Made by a program: the position numbers and the translations under genes. Below the pieces are notes generated by a model. The model saw nothing but the letters and a program-made list of their open reading frames with translations, searched no databases and was not told where the DNA came from. Shown piece by piece: positions 13,480 through 25,707 of a stretch of 64,000 nucleotides of DNA. The DNA comes from Hypanus sabinus (lineage: Eukaryota): the NCBI RefSeq assembly GCF_030144855.1, contig NC_082710.1, positions 171,740,001 through 171,804,000 on the forward strand, read 5' to 3'. How positions within the stretch are numbered: position 1 is the first letter of the stretch; the number at the start of each line of letters is the position of its first letter.

Positions 13480-13990
13480 ACAAAGTGGAAAATCTGCTTG
13501 CATTTTCAAGTTCTGACGTCGATACTGAGCCTATTATTCTATTCATTCAACGAGTGCTTAACGACTTGGATAATAGATTTCCTGAAGATCTGCTAAGAGA
13601 ATGGCAAGCTTTTGACCTTATTGCCCTTGCAAATATAACCAATTTTGAATTTGGAAAACGAAAACACGTACTGAACTACTATTACAAACTAAGACGGAAG
13701 CATTGCCTCGAAAATATCGCAGCAATTTTTAAAAAAAAATGATTTTACTGAGAAAGTTAAGTTTGGTTCAATTAAGAGATTCACTGATATATTAAACTAC
13801 ATATTTAGGAACGAAAGATTTGAAGAAATGTCAAATCGTGTTGACATCGCTGGAGAATTTGAAGCTTGTGCTGACAGCGAACGTGGATTCAGACTTGTGA
13901 CTTAAACCAGTATCAAGAAACATTTTAGAAGTGGAACATTTGGATGATTTAACGACGATAAGGACCATTATTTCATCTAGAAGCGAAATT
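13480..13990 (+). mobile_element. hAT-superfamily transposase C-terminal remnant
   Basis: ORF 13485-13742 (VLNDLDNRFPEDLLREWQAFD) is followed by a decayed dimerisation-domain motif (EEMSNRVDIAGEFEACADSERGF, about 13825-13890). No TIRs identified. Confidence 0.55.
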
Positions 13991-16297
13991 AATCTGCAGT
14001 GTTTACAGACAATGAAGTTGTAATAAAGACAGGCGAGAAAAAGTTATGAAATGAAAAGCAACTTACTTTGACGTACCGTACTTTATGATACCCTACAATT
14101 AATGAATACAACCAAAAGTACAAGATTATTCAGTTTTCAAAAAGCACAAGATTTATCGGAAGATTAGGAGGGATAATGGCACCTAATAGAGTATAGAAAC
14201 ATAGAACATAGAAAACCTACAGCACAATATAGCCCTTCGGCCCACAAAGTCGTGCTGAATACGTCCCTACCTGAGAACATACTAGGCTTACCTATAGCCC
14301 TCTATTTTACTATGCTCCATGTACCTATCTAAAAGCTTCTTAAAAGATGCTATGGTGCACGCTTCCACCACCCTTTCCGGCAGCCCATTCCACGCACTCA
14401 CCACTCTCTGGGTAAACAACATACCCCTGACATCTCCTTTGTACCTACTCCCCAGCACCTTAAACCTGTGTCCTCTTGTGGCAACCACTTCAGCTCTGGG
14501 AAAAAGCCTCTGACTATCCACACGATCAATGCCTCTCATCATCTTGTACACCTCTCATCCTCCTATGCTTCAAGGAGGAAAGGCCGTGTTTACTCAACCT
14601 GTTCTCATAAGGCATGCTCCCCAATCCAGGCAACATCCTGGTTAATTTCATCTGCGCTCCTTCTATGGCTTTCACGTCCTTCCTGGAGTGAGGCGACCAG
14701 AACAGAGCACAGTACTCCAGGTGGGGTCTGGCCAGTGTCCTATATAGATATAACATTACCTCTTGGCTCATAACTTTAAATCCACGATTGATGAAGGCCA
14801 ATACACGTTATGCCTTCTTATCCACAGAGTCAACTTGCGCAGCTGCTTTGAGCGTCCTATGGTCTCAGACTGCAAGATCCCTCTGATCCTCCACACTGCC
14901 TAGAGTCTTACCATTAACAATATGTTCTGCCATCATACTTGACCGACCGAAATGAACCACTTCACACTTATCCGTTTTGAACTCCATCTGCCTTTTCTCA
15001 GCCCACGTTTGCAGCCTATTAATATTCCGCTGTATCCTCTGACAGCCCTCCATACTATCCACAACACCTCCAACCTTTCAGTCATCAGCATACTTATTAA
15101 CCCATCCATCCACTTCCTCATCCAGGTTATTTATAAAAATCACGAAGAGCAAGGGTCCCAGAAGAGATCCCTGAGGCACACCACTGGACAGCGACCTCCA
15201 CGCAGAATATGACCCGTCGACAACCACTCTTTGCCTTCTGTGGGCAAGCCAGTTCTCGATCCACAAAGCAATATCCCCTTGGATCCCATGCCTCCTTACT
15301 TTCTGTATTGCCTTGCATGGGGTACCTTATCAAATGCCTTGCTGAAATCCATATACACTACAGCTACTGCTCTTCCTTCATCAATGTGCTTAGTCACATT
15401 CTCAAAAAATTCAATCAGGCTCGTAAGACACTACCTGCCCTTTCCAAAGCCATGCTGACTACTCCCAATCATATTACACCGCTCCAAATGTTCATAAATC
15501 CCGCCTTTCAGGATCTTCTCCATCAACTTACCAATAACCGAAGTAAGACTCACTGGTCTATAATTTCCTGGGCTATATCTACTCCCTTTCTTGAAAAAAA
15601 GGAACAAAATCCGCAACCCTTCAATCCTCGGGAACCTCTCCCCGTCCCCATTGATGACACAAAGATCATTGGAAGAGGTTCCGCAATCTCCTCCCTCCCC
15701 TCCCACAGTAACCTGGTGTATATTTCGTCCAGCCCCTGCGACATAGCCAACTTGATGCTTTCCAAAAGCTCTAGCACATCCTCTTTCTTAATATCGACAT
15801 GCTTAAAGTTTTCAGTCTGCTACAAGTCATCACTACAATCACTAAGATCCTATTCCACAGTGAATACTGAAATGAAATATTCATTAAGTAACTCTGCTCT
15901 TTCTTCCAGTTCCATACACACTTTAACATTTGTCATATTTGGTAGGTCCTATTCTTTCTCGTCTTATCCTCTTTCTCTTCACATACTTGTAGAATACCGT
16001 GGGGTTTCGTTAATTCTGCCCACCAAGGCCTTCTCATGGCCCCTTCTGGCTCACTTAATTTCCTTCTTAAGCTCCTTCCTAGTCGCCTTATAATCTTCTA
16101 GATATCTAGGTCTCATTACCTAGCTCTCTGAACCTTTTCTAAGCTTTTCTTTCCTTATTGACTAGATTTATTACAGCCTTACACGGTTCCTGTACCCTAC
16201 CATAATTTCCCTGTCTCATTGGAACATACCTGTACAGAGATTTACACAAATATTACCTGAATATTTGCTGCATTTCTTCCGTCCTTTTCCCCGAACG

Positions 16298-17259
16298 GCT
16301 AAAGCCAGAGGCTTATAAACTGCGGGTTCGGGTCTCGAGTAGATTACCTTATTGGCCAAACTCAAGCGACGCGTGAAACAGGATTAGAAGGGAACAAGGC
16401 GTCAATGGTCCGGATCATAATGCAACCTAACTAAATTTAAAGGAGAACCGATCCGGACCATGACAGAAACAGAAGAAGAGTCCCTCGAAGAAGAGTCCCG
16501 GTTCGGTGCCTGAGTGGAAGGCGGAGTTCTGGCTCGACGTTCATGCCCACTGTCCGTGTCTACCCCTCGAAGAGTCCCGGTTCGGTGCCTGAGTGGAAGG
16601 CGGAGTTCTGGCACGAAGTTCATGCCCGGTGTCTGTGTCTATCCCCCGATGAAGAATCCAGGCTCGATGCCTGAGTGGAAGGCGGAGTCTTGGCTCGACG
16701 TTCATGCCCAGTGTCTGTGTCTACCCCTCGGAGAGTCCTGGCTCGGTGCTTGAGTGGAAGGCGGAGTTCCGGCTCGAAGTTCATGCCCTGTGTCCGCGTC
16801 TGTCCCCTTGAAGAAGAGTCCCCGGTCGATGCCTGATCTGAAGGAGGAGTCCTGGCTCAAGGTTCCTTGTCCTGTTTTGATGTCCGTGTTTCTGGCTGCG
16901 GTGAATCAAGGTCCCAGTCTCCAAGTCCGAGGAACGTGGCAGTCCCAGTCCCCAGGGTCCCAGTCATAGCCGCGACGATCCATGTTTCCACTGTCCAAGT
17001 CCAAGGTCCGCGGCTGTCCATGTTCCCACTGTCCAAGTCATGGCCGCAGCAATCCCAGTTCCCTGTTTCCAAGTCCCAGGTCCGCGGCGATCCAAGTCCC
17101 ATGTCCACTAGTCCGAGGTTCGTGTTCCACTTTGTCCTCCTTGATTTCCCGATTTTTTGTGCAGCGAGTAATAATCGCGATTTTATTGAACCTAAGAAAG
17201 ACGTGTTTGAGTCCTACGTGTGGGTCCTCTCCCAGCACCCTTGTCCCCACCTCTTGACA
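16298..17259 (+). mobile_element. Solo LTR whose 5' ~170 bp is inverted
   Basis: 3' end tgggtcc...ttgaca followed by GTTTC (17260-17264). The 5' end appears reversed as ...ggaccatgaca (ends 16465) followed by GAAAC, the reverse complement of GTTTC. Confidence 0.7.
16490..16870 (+). repeat. Tandem repeat, about 5 units of about 79-83 bp, inside the LTR
   Basis: Unit gaagagtcccggttcggtgcctgagtggaaggcggagttctggctcgacgttcatgccc... starts at about 16490, 16569, 16650, 16730 and 16813. Confidence 0.85.
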
Positions 17260-18429
17260 GTTTCCAATGTAAGCCTCCAATTTCCTACCTGATAATTCCC
17301 TTACTACAGTTAAACGCTTTTCTAACTTGTCTGTTCTTATCTCTCTCCAATGCTATTGTAAAGGAGATAGAATTATGATCGCTATCACCAAAGTGCTCTC
17401 CCACTGAGAGATCTGACACCTGACCAGGTTCATTTCCCAATACCAAATCACGTTCAACCTCTCCTCTTGTAGACGTATCTACATACTGTGTCAAGAAACC
17501 TTCCTGAAGACACCTACAAACTCCAACCCAACTGAACCCCTTGCCAATCGATATTTGGGAAATTAAAATCTCCCACCACGACAACCCTTTCCGGGATGTG
17601 TTTCCCTATCTGCTCTCGATATCTCTGTTACTATTAGGCGCCTATAAAAACACCCAGTAAAGTTATTGACTCCTTCCTGTTCCAATCACAGAGACTCCAT
17701 AGACAATCCCTCGAAGGCGTCCAACTTTTCTGCGGCCATGAAGCTATCTATGAGCAACAGTGCCACGCCCCCACCTCTTTTTCCTCCCTCCCTGTCCTTT
17801 CTGAAACATCTAAAACCTGGCACTTGAGTAACCAATCCTGTCCCTGAGCCATCCAAGTCTAGGTAATGGCCACCACATCATATCTCCAAGGTCATAATGC
17901 ACGGTCTAAGCTTATTCGCTTTGTTCACAACACTCCTTGCATTAAAATAGACACATCTCAAGCCTTCAGTCTGAATGCGTCCCTTCTCTATCACCTGCCT
18001 ATCCTCACACTCGCACTGTCTACAAGCTTTCTCTATTTGTGAGCTAACCTCCTCTTCCGCAGTCTCTTCAGTTCAGTTCCCACCCCCAACAATTAAACAA
18101 TTCTAGTTTAAACTCTCTTCAGTAGCCTTAGCAAACCTCCCCACCAGGATATTGGTTCCCCTGGGATTCAAGTGCACCCGTCCTTTTTATACAGGTGCCA
18201 CCTGCCCGAAAAGAGGTCCCAATGATCCAGAAATCAGAATCCCTGCCCCCGCTCCAATCCCTCAGCCATGCATTTATCCTCCACCTCATCCTATTCCTAT
18301 TCGCAGTGTCGCGTGGCACAGGCAGTAATTTCGAGATTACTACCATTGCGGTCCTGCTTCTCAACTTCCTTTATTGCGACTCCTTTGCTTGCATCTTCGG
18401 AAGCAGCTCCATTTCTACCTTTAATATTT

Positions 18430-19110
18430 TCTTTTTCTTTTTCAGGGTTCTTTTGAAGACCCTAACTTGGAGTTACACGCAGTCTTCGGTTCTTTGCGGG
18501 AATGGGACCCATTCTCGGGGTTCAACGACTGACGGTAATTCGACATGCCAAGGGTTTGGCCTGAGAGTCTCGATCGTGTTCGCAAGACTAAGATCTCGGG
18601 GCTCTGGAGACGGGAGTATTGAGGGTCGATATCATGGCATGAGACTCGTATGTCGTCGTGGAGGCCAGAAAACCTTTCGCTGTAGAGCCGAAAGCCCGAG
18701 GTCTTTGCGATCTTGGGACACGAAGATCGAAAAGCTACGAAACGCACTTTTAACATCCTAAACCAGCGGGTTGTTCTGTCTCCTGCTCGCTTTGAAAATG
18801 GGAGAGAGAGAACCTGTGGTTTGTCGAATGTCGGGTGAAATGGGGTAACTTTAGTCTGTGTCTTTGCTATTGCTTAGCACACGCTTGGCCTCGGTGACGG
18901 TACCGATGCGCTTTTTTTTGCTGTTGCGGGGAGCGGGATCGTTGTTTCCTGCCGCTTACGCGCGGGAGGGGGAACTGTGGGTGTTTGTGGTTCTCATGTT
19001 TAACTGTCGTTCATTCTTTGGAGCACTTCTCTGTTTTCGTGGATGTTTGTGAACTAAAGGCATTTCAGGATATATATTGCATACATTTCTCTGACATTCA
19101 ATTCGACCTT
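18430..19110 (+). mobile_element. Unclassified interspersed repeat ending in a (t)ttgaacc tail
   Basis: CpG-rich body and tail cgacctttgaacc. A similar architecture and tail (aataaattgaactttcaacctttgaacc) occurs at about 43120-43895. Confidence 0.4.
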
Positions 19111-19829
19111 TGAACCTTTTCGTTCTAAACATTCATAGTATGCATATGTGGAGGGAAAGGTTCAATAAGCTAAGTGACTAGGGTCAAGGAGACAGCAAAT
19201 CAAAAGAAGAACGTTATGTGCTGACTCTTGCGAGATAAGGCATGAATATAATCTGCTGCGGCCACAGAAACAGAAACTAATGTGCTGAGCTCTGCAAGAT
19301 AATTTATCTTGTAACTGCTCCTTTCATTCTAAGTTTTATGTAGTGAACATTAACGTATTGCCAGCATGTCGTAATATTTCTATACAATGATTCGATATTT
19401 TATAATAAGTCTGCTGTTACTATGCTGAACTGTATGAAAGGACACTATTGCAACTGGAGAGCAAAGTCGGGAGCTGGTGGAGACCAGCTCTCTCCCTCCT
19501 TGTACCAAGTAAAATAAAGGTTCCGAAAAGAGGCTCCAGAGTCGAGCATTCTTTTCACTTGGCTAAACTCAAATTTCCACGACAGCATATTACAAAAAAG
19601 TGCCCTGATGTTTTCAGGTTGAGCAAAAAGTTTCTGCTCGGAGAAATGATTTGTCGGTGCAGCTGTTTAAAATAAATAAATAAATGAATAAAAAATAAAA
19701 AATTAAAGGCAATGTTAGCAGAAGGTCAGTAGCAATTCTGCTATCAACGGCTGGCTGACAATTTAAGATCCCAATGATTGTACATCCTAGGGAGGCTATT
19801 TAAAGAAGCCTGCTGCATGAAACGTACTC

Positions 19830-20045
19830 ATGATAAAGGACAAGATTCTGAAAATCCAGATCAACACAGAAAATGCGGTTGGAACTCAGAAGGTCAGTTT
19901 TATTCTATTGAGGGGAAAGCAGACGACGTTTCGGGCAGAGACCTTTTATCGGGAATGGAAAGGAAGTGGGGAGGAAGCCAGAACTGCTTATTCCCCTCCA
20001 CAAATGCTATCTGATCGGCTGAGTTATTCTAGATTTTTGTGTGTT
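19830..20045. mobile_element. Decayed Penelope-like pseudo-LTR pair (inverted)
   Basis: aacacagaaaatgcggttggaactcagaaggtcag...gacgtttcgggcagagacc followed by the opposite orientation (ctgatcggctgagttattctagatttttgtgtgttg). Homologous to 47895-48040. Confidence 0.65.
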
Positions 20046-20737
20046 GCTCTTGATGAAGTCACATCTGCTTCGCTTAGAAAATTAAGTAGTGCGCCTAACT
20101 GGAATTTTGGGAGCTTTGGTCATCTTTTAGAACTGTTGTCATGCTCAGGTTTGCACAGCTCCATTTCCCTGCCCCTTAAAGTGAACGAACTCCGTCAAAT
20201 ATGCAGGTAGTGGCAAGTATACTATGAAGTGAATGCTAAAGTTTCAAAAGTTTCAGTAAGCCAGCGCGGTTCCAGTTCTGGCAGTGATAAAGAAATAGTA
20301 ACTGGAAGACAGGAAGAGAAATACATCGCAGTAAACTACACAGCATTTCATGGGACCTCACATGCCAAGCAGGCTGTAGAGATAAATTTTGTTTTCTCTC
20401 CGGATGATGATCTTTGGCATGCTTTAATATTTGGTGAGGGTTTTTGTTACTTGATTTTTCGACATCCAGGCGTAGCTGCAATAACATAATTTATTTTTCA
20501 TCTTCAATTAATGCTTGCCTGCCGCCCTTTTGAACCACTGCAGCCCTTCTGGTGGGCATTGTTAGAGGATTCAGATATGGCCACGCTGAAGGACTGGCGG
20601 TGCGTGACTTTAGGAGTTGTTTTCAAAGCTTGCCGCCTTTTCTCTTTTTAGCGGATAAGGTCGGACGCATGTTGGTAGGTTTGGCGGGGGGTGAGGGGTG
20701 GAGGATGAACCATGCAAAGCAACAAGCTAATAGAAAA

Positions 20738-20927
20738 AACACGAGGAAATCTGCAGACGCTGGAAATTCAAAAAGCACACACAAAATGCTGGTGGAACAC
20801 AGCTTGCCAGGCAGCATCGATAAGGACTGGTCCTGACGAAGGGTCTCGGCCCGAAACGTCGACAGTGCTTCACTTATAGATGCTGCCTGGCCTGCTGTGT
20901 TCCACCAGCATTTTGTGTGTGTTGTTT
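20738..20927. mobile_element. Short Penelope-derived inverted-repeat insertion with 14-bp TSD
   Basis: Arms cacacacaaaatgctggtggaacacagc..ccaggcagcatc and gatgctgcctgg..gctgtgttccaccagcattttgtgtgtg. Flanked by AAGCTAATAGAAAA at 20724-20737 and 20928-20941. Confidence 0.8.
20826..20866 (+). ncRNA. Minimal type I hammerhead ribozyme motif (Penelope-associated)
   Basis: gtc-CTGACGA-a-gggt-ctcg-gccc-GAAAC-GTC-gac. Intact core, stem II and short stem I. Confidence 0.65.
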
Positions 20928-21364
20928 AAGCTAATAGAAAACAAGCCTGATCAGCGATTGTGCACCGTGGCAGGCTGCTCTGGCCTGCAGCGCCCTCACT
21001 AGGTGATGGACAACAGTGAAGATGCGAGATAGAGAAACACCACATGAAATGACACCGCATTCTGAAATATAAACATCGGTTACATCAGTTCCGCCTCTTT
21101 CTGGCAAATTACCTTTCGGTTATCTTGAGATTAATGCCAGGAAACAAAACTGTTAAATAATATTTAATGCTATTTTACAATTGTACAGCATATTATGGTT
21201 CCTTAAGGTTGTTATAGCCAGGGCCCGTAATAGAGACAAACTCCGACTAACTATTAAATGATCCCAAATGGCGTGTGCTTCAAATTGCCTCTGACAACGA
21301 AATCTAACTCCTGGTGAAATCTAACATGTGGCTTAGCAACTAAGCACAACGAAACCGTTTCTAT

Positions 21365-21750
21365 TGACAGGAGAAGGGGCAAAGGCGGGTTACTGACGCC
21401 TTAAAACCAGTCGCTTCGGGCAGATGGGACTCGTCAGCCGTGGCTGGCAGGTCATCTAGTAGAAGGAAAACTATGATCTCAAAGCTCCGCTGCCTTGCGG
21501 CTATACCCACTCAGGAGGATGGGTTCTGGAGTAAACCCCAAGGGAAAACAAATCCGAGGCAGTCCTATGCTGAGTTCGATGCTGACTGGCAACTCCTGCG
21601 ACACTGCTGTTACCAACCTGTATTGGTTTCTGTCGTTCCATCATCAGATGTGTGGAGACGGGGAGCTTGCTACATAGGCAAAAGCTTGCTCTCCATATCG
21701 TACTGCCCAGGCTTGCGTATCTAGACAGATATGATGCAATATCCATGGTC
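21365..21750 (+). mobile_element. Probable RTE-type LINE 5' region or derived non-autonomous repeat
   Basis: CpG-containing non-coding block (ggcgggttactgacgccttaaaaccagtcgc...ggcagtcctatgctgagttcgatgctgactggcaactcctgcg). Family assigned from recollection only. Confidence 0.3.
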
Positions 21751-21799
21751 AACTCTGACCGACAGTTTTCCTCGACATCATGTTAATTGTCATGATAAG

Positions 21800-23000
21800 C
21801 AAAAGTTCTTGAGCCAGAGAGTTGTGAACCTGTGGAATTCTTTGCCACAGGTAGTTGTGGAGGCCAAGTCCTGATGAATATATAAGGCAGAGTTTGATAG
21901 ATTCCGGATTGGTCTGTGTTTGAAGGCACACGGGGAGAAAGCCGGATGCTTCTCATCCCAGGAATCATACTTGGAAGATCATTATCTAACCTATAAAGAC
22001 TTTAATAAAGAGTGGGGCACAGAACTGGATTCAATATTGTAGTTATAACTGCACCAGTGTGCACCAGTGTTTTATAAAGATTCTTACATTAAATTGATTC
22101 CTGTCTTACAAACGGTGGAAATGCAATGGACAAACAAAAGTGCCATTAGAAGTTCAAATTTATTTTCAAATGAGTATATGTTATCATAACATCGGAGGAA
22201 AAACGGATGATAAAGCTGACGATGAGGTAGCTGGGTTACAAGCAGAAGCAATGTGTAGTGAGGAGAGGCTGTTGATAGGGCAGAACTGCAGTTAACAGGA
22301 TGAGTTGCAACGTGAAAAGCGGACAAAATCGAAAAGAGTGAATACAGGACTTAGGTGTAATATTTGAATGCGCATACTATACACTGAATCATGGCGAAAA
22401 GATTATGGCTGGGAGCTTGATGTCAAACGATACACATTATATCGAAAGGACAAGTAGGAAGGCAGAGAGGGCAGCGTTGCTCTGTTGGTAAAAATTAAAT
22501 GACATCATTAGACAGAGGTAACTTTTGTAAGGAAGGTGTTGAAATATTGTCGATAGAACTAAGGAACTGCAAGGATAAAATGACCCGGATAGGATATGTA
22601 TGCAGACCACCAAACAGTTGTAAGGATGTAGTTTACAAATTAAAACGGGTAATAGAAAATACATGCCAAAAGGGCAATGTTGCAATAGTCAAAGAGAATT
22701 TCAATTAGCAGGTATATCGGGAAAATCTGGTTGGTGCTGGATTCCAGGAGGGCAATTTCCAGAGTGCCTACAAGATGGCTTCTTAGAGCAGCTTGTGGTT
22801 GAAGCCTCTAGGGAACTAACTATTGTGAATTGGGTGCTGTGCAATGAACGGGAATTGATTAGGGGACATGATCATAATAAAAATCGAAATCGCCCTGAAC
22901 TTTGAGAAGGAAAGGTAAAGTTAGATGTAACAGTATTACAGTGGAGTGAAGGGAATTAGAGGCGTGAGGGGGGAGTCGGTCAAAATTGATTGGAAAGGAT
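21800..23000 (+). mobile_element. Old CR1 fragments (3' UTR piece and endonuclease piece)
   Basis: gagagttgtgaacctgtggaattct 3' motif. ORFs 22499-22708 (VCRPPNS) and 22663-22905 (ECLQDGFLEQLVVEASR..WVLCNE). Confidence 0.75.
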
Positions 23001-24329
23001 CAAAAACGTGTTGGTTATTTAGCTTTCTCTCTCCATTTATGTTTCTCTGCAAGGGTGTTCAACGAACCGTTGAGAGTTTCTAGCATCTTTCTGTTTTACT
23101 CTCGATTCCTCGTATTCTTATATACCTTGCAGATGCTTAAGCTACCCAAGAGAATCTGAGACCTGAAGTGTGCACTCTGTTCCCATTGCACTATAACCAA
23201 GAGATGCAGACCCCAGAATTAGGTACAGAATCCCTAATATGGTATACGGAAGCTAGAAATGCCGTCACTGCAGTTAATCTTTGAGTCATCTTTTTCTGCT
23301 TTGTGTTTATTTTCTTCTGACCGTGAATCCAAAGGCAATATTAGACTTCATGCATACGATCAGTGTCTCTGAACTTAACAGCTAGTTTGAGAATGGTAAG
23401 TACATCTTAATATGCGCGTTAAGAATATCCGGTGGCCCACAAAGGCCTTTGAAAATATGGCGTAACTCTGGATTGGGTTTTAGGGAGGGCGAATCACTCT
23501 AAACCTGGATAAAGGGAGGGTAAGTTTCCAAGAAGCGGGCTTGGCGATATCAAGTTTCCATGAACCAGCTTTCAGGGAGATTGTTAATTTCAATGGGGAA
23601 TTTGTCTAACGGGACTTTGAGGATAGTGAATGATTCTGAGCCAAAATGTGGGGAAAACGTGTTTCTTTCAAGCTACCTTTAAATTTCCAGAAAGGAATTG
23701 TTATAATCCGTAATTAAATGTCTCTAAATCCAATTATGATTCCGGCTTTGATGCAGCTGAACGTGGCTCTATCGTGCTTCGGGGAGAGTGAATATCCCTT
23801 TGCTTCGCCACTTCCCACTGCAACGTCACCCACCGGTTCCCTGGCACTCTCTCCGTTCACAGTTCTCATTCTCTCTGCCACTGCTCAATGATTAAAGCCT
23901 TAAGATGCAGCCTAATATCTTTTTCGGACTGAACGAAATTCAGATTTAGTTTATCCCCGCAGATGTCCAGCGGCCTGGATTTTACTGACGTCCAGGCAAT
24001 CCTCGAACGTCGTTTTGAAACTAAAATATCCAGTAAATGCCGATGAGGCGTAACCTACCTTTTACTGACGACTGCTTCTGCTCAGCCACTGCAGAAACGC
24101 CATGCACAACGCCCCTGACTGCTGGTATTCTAATGCTTTTTAGCAGCTAATTGCATGGGACATTTCATACTTTCGATACCCAGATCCATTGAAACAGACA
24201 GAGCATCAAGTAGGAAGGCACATTTCTGGGGAATATCAAAGCAGAAGTGAAGTGAAATCTTAGGAGTCACCATCTTGACATTAGGTAGCATATCCGAGTT
24301 CTCAGAAAAAATGTTAGAAATGTTAGAAC

Positions 24330-25470
24330 TGTGCTCAGTTCTGGTCGCCTCACTACAGGAAGGATGTGGAAACCATAAAAAGGGTGCAGCGAAGATTTAC
24401 AAGGATGTTCCCTGGATTGGGGAGCATGACTTATGAGAATAGGTTGAGTGCACTCGGCCTTTTCTCCTTGGAGCGACGGAGGATGAATGGTGACCTGATA
24501 GAGGTGTATAAGATGATGAGAGGCATTGTTCGTGTGGATAGTCAGAGGCCTTTTCCCAGGGCTGAAATAGCTGCCACAAGAGGGCATAAGTTTAAGGCGC
24601 TTGGGAGCAGGTACAGAGGAGATGTCCAGGGTAAGTATTTTACGCAGAGAGTTGGGAGTGCGTGGAATGGCACGTTTGGTGGCACTGGGTCTGTACTCGC
24701 TGGAATTTAGGATAGAATCAGAATCAGGTTTATTATCACCGGTATGCGAGGTGAAATTTGTTTACTTAGCAGCAGCAGTTCAATACAATACATAATCTAG
24801 CAGAAAGAGAGATAAAATAATAAGTAAAATAAAACAATAATAAATAAACAAATAGATCAATTGTGTACCTTGAACAGATTTTTTTAAAATGCGCAAAAAA
24901 CAGAAGTATTGCATATTAAAAAAGCGAGGTAATCTCCAAAACATCAATGTCCATTTAGGAATCAGATGCTAGAGGGGAGGAAGCTGTTCCTGAATCGCTG
25001 AGTGTGTACCTTCAAGCTTCTGTATCTCCTACCCCATGGTAACAGTGAGAAACGGGCTGCCCTGAGTACTGGAGGTCCTTAATAACGGACACAGCCTTTC
25101 TGTGAAACCTATCGAATGTTCAAAGGCCTAGACAGAGTAGATGTGGAATGGATGTTTCCTATGGTTGGAGAGTCTAGGGCAAGAAGGGACAGACTCAGGC
25201 TAGAGGGGTATTAATTTAAAACAGAGGTATGGAGAAATTTCCTTAGCTGGAGCGTGGTGAATTTGTGGATTTATTACGACAGGCTGCTGCGAAGGCCGGT
25301 CGTTGGGTGCATTTAAGGCAAAGATTGATAGGTTGTTGATTGGGCACAGCATCAAATGTCACGAGGAGAAGGTCTGGGAGTGAATTAGAGGAAGGAGAAA
25401 ATGATGAGCCATGACTGAATGGCGGAGCAGAGTTGGTGGACCACATGAACTAATTCTGCTCCTATGTCTT
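24330..25470. mobile_element. Cluster of CR1 3' fragments (+) and a Rex-Babar 3' end (-)
   Basis: ORF 24366-24710 has CR1 motifs. A gaatcagaatcaggtttattatcacc tail at about 24716 is followed by Rex-like sequence. A CR1 3' UTR spans 25110-25470. Confidence 0.75.
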
Positions 25471-25707
25471 ATGCTCCTAAAATTCAATCACCCGAGTTAG
25501 AAAATTACTTCCTGAATGGTGCGTGCATTTTCGCGAGATTTTAGAAACGCAGAGACAACCTCTTATATCTTCAAGATCTCGAAGTATGTGGATATAATGA
25601 AGGTAAATGGGAACTCTATCAATGGGTGCCACGGGTGGAATTGACATGCAAGTCTGTATTGGCTGTATCTGTGCTCTATGACTCTAAAACTTTACTTATG
25701 TTTATAG

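Larger units (their letters stand above)
14190..18400 (-). mobile_element. Long CR1 LINE (3' tail, RT, EN, part of ORF1 esterase), interrupted by an LTR
   Basis: Tail at 14192-14220. RT ORFs 14288-15706, EN ORF 17285-17584 (LTQYVDTSTRGEVERDLVLGNEPGQV), and SGNH-like ORF 18128-18364 (VVISKLLPVPR..INAWLRDW). Confidence 0.9.

Noticed and set aside
16490-16870. Regularly spaced repeats resembling a CRISPR array
   Set aside because: Whole units are homologous with no unique spacers, there are no cas genes, and the context is a eukaryotic LTR.
19791-19892. Apparent 102-nt phase 1/1 exon (RLFKEACCMKRTHDK...)
   Set aside because: Its 3' half and donor are a Penelope pseudo-LTR remnant, so the exon look is probably incidental.
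20209-20420. YYEVNAKV resembling FYEVTAQL of the 63.4k candidate exon
   Set aside because: The similarity is limited to about 8 residues and the flanks do not align convincingly.
21380-21460. HDV-like or hammerhead-like look (gcttcgggcagatgggac; ctgacgag on the minus strand)
   Set aside because: I could not build the nested double pseudoknot or a hammerhead stem II by eye. It needs a descriptor search.
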